From: a virus
Reading direction: 5' to 3' (one strand)
Length of the DNA: 64,000 nt
Virus record (IMG/VR): IMGVR_UViG_3300006224_000007
Location: 1 to 64,000 of that record
Position numbers and translations under genes: made by a program. Below the pieces are notes generated by a model. That model saw nothing but the letters and a program-made list of their open reading frames with translations. It made no database searches and was not told the DNA's origin. Shown piece after piece: positions 59,654 through 64,000 of the stretch (positions are counted from its first letter, which is position 1; the number at the start of each line of letters is the position of its first letter).

Positions 59654-60673
59654 ATGACAATTACAGGCTTAGTTGGACATTTAGGCGTAGGGGTACAAGT
59701 TCCTAGTAGTGGTGGTGTAGACGTTAATGGTATGGTTGCTGAAGCTGATTTGGGTGATGGTACTTATACACCTACTATTAGTGACTTCTTTGTTATCACA
59801 GAAGAAAGCTTTACTGCTGAAAACAACCCAATGGTTGCTGAAAATGAAATTGGTAGAGGTCGTGACCGTACTGGTGCTGTAGCTGGTGGATATGCTATTG
59901 CTGGTGGTTTTGGTGGTTACGCTAGAACTACTGACTTAGGATTACTTTGCCAGATGGCATTAAGTAATGATGAGGCTGCTTGCGCTGCAAGCGGCTCTAC
60001 TGGTATTTCTACTGTTGTTCCTACAGACTATCTTGATTGGTGGACTGTAGAGAAAAACGTTGGTGATACCTTATACCAATGGCTAGTAAATGCGAAGATG
60101 AACACGTTAACAATCTCTGTTAACCAAGGTGAAATCGCAACTTATACTACTGATTGGGTAGTTTCTTTGGAAAAGAAAATTACATCTGGTGACGCTACTA
60201 CTCCTACCTACGTTGATGATGACTTGTTAGCTTTCCACGGTGGCTTGCTTAAACTTGGTGGTACACAGTACAATAACATGGAATCAGTAGAAATTGCTAT
60301 TGGTAATGGCCTTTCTAATGATGAGTATACGGTACACCCTTCTCGTTTCCTTAATAACGTAACTGAAGGAGCAAGAACATTTGACTTGAACTTCAACCAA
60401 GTATTCCAGGATGCTGATGACTACGCTAACTACACTTATGGTGCTGTTGGTCGTACAACTCCAGGATATGACTTGTATGAAGATGATGTTTATTTCTTGC
60501 TTATGAACGCGCAGACTAAAGCTGCGGCTACTGAGTATATTGAATTCTTCTTCCCCCGTGTGATGTTTGGTGGGTTGCCTGTGACCCTTGCATCTGGTAG
60601 AATTGTTGTAGCCAATACTGGTACAGTATTGTCTCCGACAGTCGGTAATATAATTACCGTTTATTACAAGTAA
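59654..60673 (+). CDS. Tail tube (major tail) protein
   Basis: Beta-rich Gly/Thr composition, strong SD, located before chaperone and tape measure. Confidence 0.75.
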   Translation: MTITGLVGHLGVGVQVPSSGGVDVNGMVAEADLGDGTYTPTISDFFVITEESFTAENNPMVAENEIGRGRDRTGAVAGGYAIAGGFGGYARTTDLGLLCQMALSNDEAACAASGSTGISTVVPTDYLDWWTVEKNVGDTLYQWLVNAKMNTLTISVNQGEIATYTTDWVVSLEKKITSGDATTPTYVDDDLLAFHGGLLKLGGTQYNNMESVEIAIGNGLSNDEYTVHPSRFLNNVTEGARTFDLNFNQVFQDADDYANYTYGAVGRTTPGYDLYEDDVYFLLMNAQTKAAATEYIEFFFPRVMFGGLPVTLASGRIVVANTGTVLSPTVGNIITVYYK

Positions 60674-60698
60674 TAGTTAAGTAAAGGAGTAAAAGAAA

Positions 60699-61148
60699 AT
60701 GGCTCAAAGAATTTATGTACAAACTGTCCCTGAAATATTTCGAGTTTATATACCTGAAGAAAAAGACTTACCAGAAGAAGACAAGACTTGGTTTGAGCAT
60801 CGCAAAATGACTGAAGCTGATTACCAGAAATTTGTGGACTTAACTTCAACAGTTAAGTTGGCAAACAAGAAAAAAGGCAAAGAGACTGATGACAAAGCTG
60901 AAGTTGATATGATGCTTGGTACTACAAGAGCATTCCTAATTAAGACTCTTATCGTGAACTGGAATGTTATTGGTGAGGATGGCAAAGTATTAGCTGCTAC
61001 ATTAAACAATGTCAATATGTTATCACCTGAAATAGTTAAGATTTGGATTGACGATATTTATGACAAGAACCCAATTCTTAAAGCGGAAGAGGAAGACGAT
61101 GGAGATAAAGAGATTGTAGCTGTTGGAGAAAAATCCCCTTTAGCTTAA
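60699..61148 (+). CDS. Tail assembly chaperone (gpG-like)
   Basis: IVNWNV motif; slippery heptamer just before the stop. Confidence 0.8.
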   Translation: MAQRIYVQTVPEIFRVYIPEEKDLPEEDKTWFEHRKMTEADYQKFVDLTSTVKLANKKKGKETDDKAEVDMMLGTTRAFLIKTLIVNWNVIGEDGKVLAATLNNVNMLSPEIVKIWIDDIYDKNPILKAEEEDDGDKEIVAVGEKSPLA

Positions 61149-61426
61149 TCTTAGAAAATCAAGTAATAGCAATCTTAGAAGGAAGGCAGGAGATAGGAGA
61201 GCATCCACTCCTGCCTTCCGTTAGACAATGGTTAGACTGGAAGCTAACTAAAATTCTGCCTAGAGAGGGTGGAACTTTAAACCAAGACCCTGAATTCATG
61301 AGAGATTTAAGAATTATCTCTGGACTTGAAGCTGATTGGGAAAAAATTGGTAAGGCTAGGGCTGGTATTAGAAAACAGATACAAGAAGGAAAAGGTAAAG
61401 TAAAAGGTGGATACTTACTTAAATAA
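60699..61426 (+). CDS. Tail assembly chaperone, -1 frameshift product (gpGT-like)
   Basis: C CCT TTA at 61136-61142; the -1 frame is open to TAA 61426 and encodes LPREGGTLNQDPEFM. Confidence 0.75.
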
Positions 61427-61438
61427 GGAAGGTGCATC

Positions 61439-64000
61439 ATAGACCGAGAACTTAGATTTGTAGTTTCTCTTAAAGATAACGCCTCACGGCAAGCAAGACA
61501 ACTGGCTAGAAATCTTAGCCAGTTGAATACTACCCATGTTACAAACATTCGCCTTAACTTAATTGATAATGTAACTAGAAAACTAAAAGCCTTATATGCA
61601 GCTATATCTAAACAGGAAGGCGCTGTTTCTCTAGCGGCACTTACAGCAGGAGCAACAAATCTAGGTACTGCTCTTCAAGGCGCATTTAGTACTACTTCCA
61701 GTCAAAAATGGTATAACACTGTCTTTGGTTTTCTAAAAGGCGCAACAAAATATGCCACCATATTTGGTGATGCATTAGTAGGTGGCTTTCTTGCCGCAGG
61801 TGCCGCAGCACAAACTCTTGTTACAGTAATCTCCGCTATCGCAACTAAATGGATTGTTAGCATCAATAGTGAGATGGAACAATTCGAAGTTATGCTTCAA
61901 ACTACTCTTCACAGCCTTACCGCTGCAAAAGAACAAATGGCAGACATTGTTCAATTTGCAAAAGAAACCCCTTATCAAATTAAAGAGATTACTGCTGCCG
62001 TTACAAAATTAGCGGCTTATAATATGCCTGTCGATAAATGGTTAAAACCATTAGGCGATATGGCTTCTGCTTTTGGTCGTGATATTACTGATGCCGTAGA
62101 AGCTGCTGCTGACGCTATGACTGGTATGTTCCGTCGTGCGTTATCTTATGGTATTAAAATGGAACGTTCAGACTTTGACCAAGGTGGTAAATATGCTGGT
62201 ATGACATATGCTGACGCTTTTATGATGGAAGTTCAAAAAAGATTCTCTGGAGGTATGGAACTTCAAGCTAAGACCTTTAAAGGAATCGTGTCTAATATCA
62301 AAGATACGTTCTATATTGCTTTTCAACAAGCTACTCAACCTGCGTTTGAGGGAATAAAAGGAATAGTAAGTGATGTTTATGATTGGCTAAATGCTAATTC
62401 TGGTCAAATTCAGCGCTATTTCAAAATTATAAATGATACTGTGATGGAGTTATTAGATACTGCTAAAGAGGTATTTAAATATTTCCAAAAAGATATTCTT
62501 CCAAGCCTTGTTCAATTATTTGAAGTAACTATGGAAGTTTGGTCTACCTTTAAAAAAGTTATGGGAACATTGATAACTGCTTTTGTTGTTCCTGCTCTTA
62601 CTGTTTTAGGAAAACTTCTAGAGTTATTTGTTGACCTTATTGATTATGCAAAAATGCTCCTAGTTATCTACATGGGATACAGAGCAGCAGTTCTAGTTTT
62701 AAAACTCTTAGGCGTTCAAATGGTAAGTCTTGCTGCTAAAACGGCTTCTGCTAATGGAGCAGCAACTTTACTTTCTACTACCTTAAAAACTGTAACAACG
62801 CGAGTATTGCTGTTAGCGGCTGCTCTTGGTATTATGTGGATAGCAGAAAAATTCATAAAAACTAGAGATGCTATTAAAGAACTTGGTGGTTCTTTTGATA
62901 AGATTGCTGGTGGAGCAGAGAAAGTTAAAGGATATCTTGAAGAGCTAGGAAAAGCAAACAACTTTAGCACAGATGAAATGGCTGAAGCTGCTAATGTGGC
63001 TAAAGAATATGGTAACAATATGCAAAACGCTCTTGAAATTGGTGCTAAGGCTGCTGGAGCTTCTAATCTTAATATGCAGCTTTCTGATACTATAGAACTA
63101 ATAGGACAAGTATCAGATGCCTTTATTCATGAGGGAGATTCTGCTGAATTAATGGCTAAAAAAACTACTGAGGCTGCTGAGTTACTTAAATATCTAAAAG
63201 ATAATGCAGAAGAGCTTGGAATTACATTTGAAGATGTTCAAGCTAATTTTGAACGCTATCCTGATGTTCTTGAAGCTTACGGAGACAACATAGAAGGTCT
63301 TGGAATAGCGATTAAAAAATTTACTGCTGCCGCTTGGTTAGAAGAATCAACTGCTGATTTGAATGTTCTATTTAAAATGCTTCAAAACTTAATGGCACCA
63401 ACAAAAGAGATGCTATTAAATTATCCAACTGATACTTGGATTTCCCGTTCTACAGCAGATTTAAAAACTCTTTCAAAACAATTAGAAACTTCAGATGCAG
63501 AACTATCTGCTAGGTATTTAGCTAGTGCTGAAACTATAGAAGAAATTATGAATACCTATGGTATTATTGCTGGACAAGCAGATAAAGCACAAGCAGCAGC
63601 CAAAAGCACAGTAGGTATGACTGAAGAATATGCTGCTAGACTTGAAGAAGAAATAGAAAAAAGACGCTTAACTGGTGCTGATGCAGTAGCATCGGCGGCT
63701 GATAAAGAACTGCAAGCTGCTGAAGCAAGAGAAAGGTCTGCTAAGGCAATAGAAGCTGCTAACAAAACAGGTGTGTTGACACCGTTGGCTACTAATCAAC
63801 CTGCTGGAGCAGTTTCTAAAGTTTCAGTGGTTGATTGGGTTGTAAACCACCCTGTAGCTGGTGTGTTAGGAGTAATAGCTGCTACTATTGCTATAGCAAA
63901 AGTACTTAATAAAGGTTTTTCTAAACTTGGTCAAATAGGAATAAGAGCTATTAAAGTTCAAACTGCTGCTGCTGGTACAAGACTAGCTCGCTTTGGGTTG
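61439..64000 (+). CDS. Tape measure protein, 3' truncated by the window edge; probable ATA start
   Basis: Long Ala-rich frame (absent from the track because no stop falls in the window); EMEQFEV.L.....A......I.QFAKETPY tape-measure motif; SD AAGGAAGGTG. Confidence 0.88.
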   Translation, partial: MDRELRFVVSLKDNASRQARQLARNLSQLNTTHVTNIRLNLIDNVTRKLKALYAAISKQEGAVSLAALTAGATNLGTALQGAFSTTSSQKWYNTVFGFLKGATKYATIFGDALVGGFLAAGAAAQTLVTVISAIATKWIVSINSEMEQFEVMLQTTLHSLTAAKEQMADIVQFAKETPYQIKEITAAVTKLAAYNMPVDKWLKPLGDMASAFGRDITDAVEAAADAMTGMFRRALSYGIKMERSDFDQGGKYAGMTYADAFMMEVQKRFSGGMELQAKTFKGIVSNIKDTFYIAFQQATQPAFEGIKGIVSDVYDWLNANSGQIQRYFKIINDTVMELLDTAKEVFKYFQKDILPSLVQLFEVTMEVWSTFKKVMGTLITAFVVPALTVLGKLLELFVDLIDYAKMLLVIYMGYRAAVLVLKLLGVQMVSLAAKTASANGAATLLSTTLKTVTTRVLLLAAALGIMWIAEKFIKTRDAIKELGGSFDKIAGGAEKVKGYLEELGKANNFSTDEMAEAANVAKEYGNNMQNALEIGAKAAGASNLNMQLSDTIELIGQVSDAFIHEGDSAELMAKKTTEAAELLKYLKDNAEELGITFEDVQANFERYPDVLEAYGDNIEGLGIAIKKFTAAAWLEESTADLNVLFKMLQNLMAPTKEMLLNYPTDTWISRSTADLKTLSKQLETSDAELSARYLASAETIEEIMNTYGIIAGQADKAQAAAKSTVGMTEEYAARLEEEIEKRRLTGADAVASAADKELQAAEARERSAKAIEAANKTGVLTPLATNQPAGAVSKVSVVDWVVNHPVAGVLGVIAATIAIAKVLNKGFSKLGQIGIRAIKVQTAAAGTRLARFGL

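Noticed and set aside
912-63765. Minus-strand ORFs in the track
   Set aside because: All are short shadows of longer + strand genes, with no recognisable motifs.
1-64000. Stop-codon reassignment or a prophage boundary
   Set aside because: Conserved genes are full length in the standard code and use all three stops; no integrase, att site or host gene block is visible.

Overview
The window is a contiguous, AT-rich piece of a large tailed dsDNA phage, probably siphovirus-like. Essentially all credible genes lie on the + strand and use the standard genetic code. From left to right: (1) a compact ubiquitin-like operon (Ubl, E2-like, JAB, E1/ThiF; 50-3688); (2) DnaC-like loader, DnaB helicase and primase; (3) an accessory region with tRNA-Leu(TAA), RNA ligase, an SLH-glucosaminidase, a Thr-rich sortase-type surface protein, a lipoprotein, a PAPS-reductase-family protein, and a nucleotidyltransferase beside RtcB; (4) SSB, family A DNA polymerase, RecA, PD-(D/E)XK nucleases, SpoVS and class II ribonucleotide reductase; (5) a glycosyltransferase/methyltransferase cluster; (6) morphogenesis genes: intein-containing terminase, portal, scaffold, capsid, neck, tail tube, frameshifted tail chaperone and a tape measure gene that runs off the right edge. 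SLH, sortase-type and SpoVS genes suggest a monoderm host (inference). The best candidate for a new system is the complete phage-encoded ubiquitin-like conjugation operon. All calls come from reading motifs by eye; no database searches were run.
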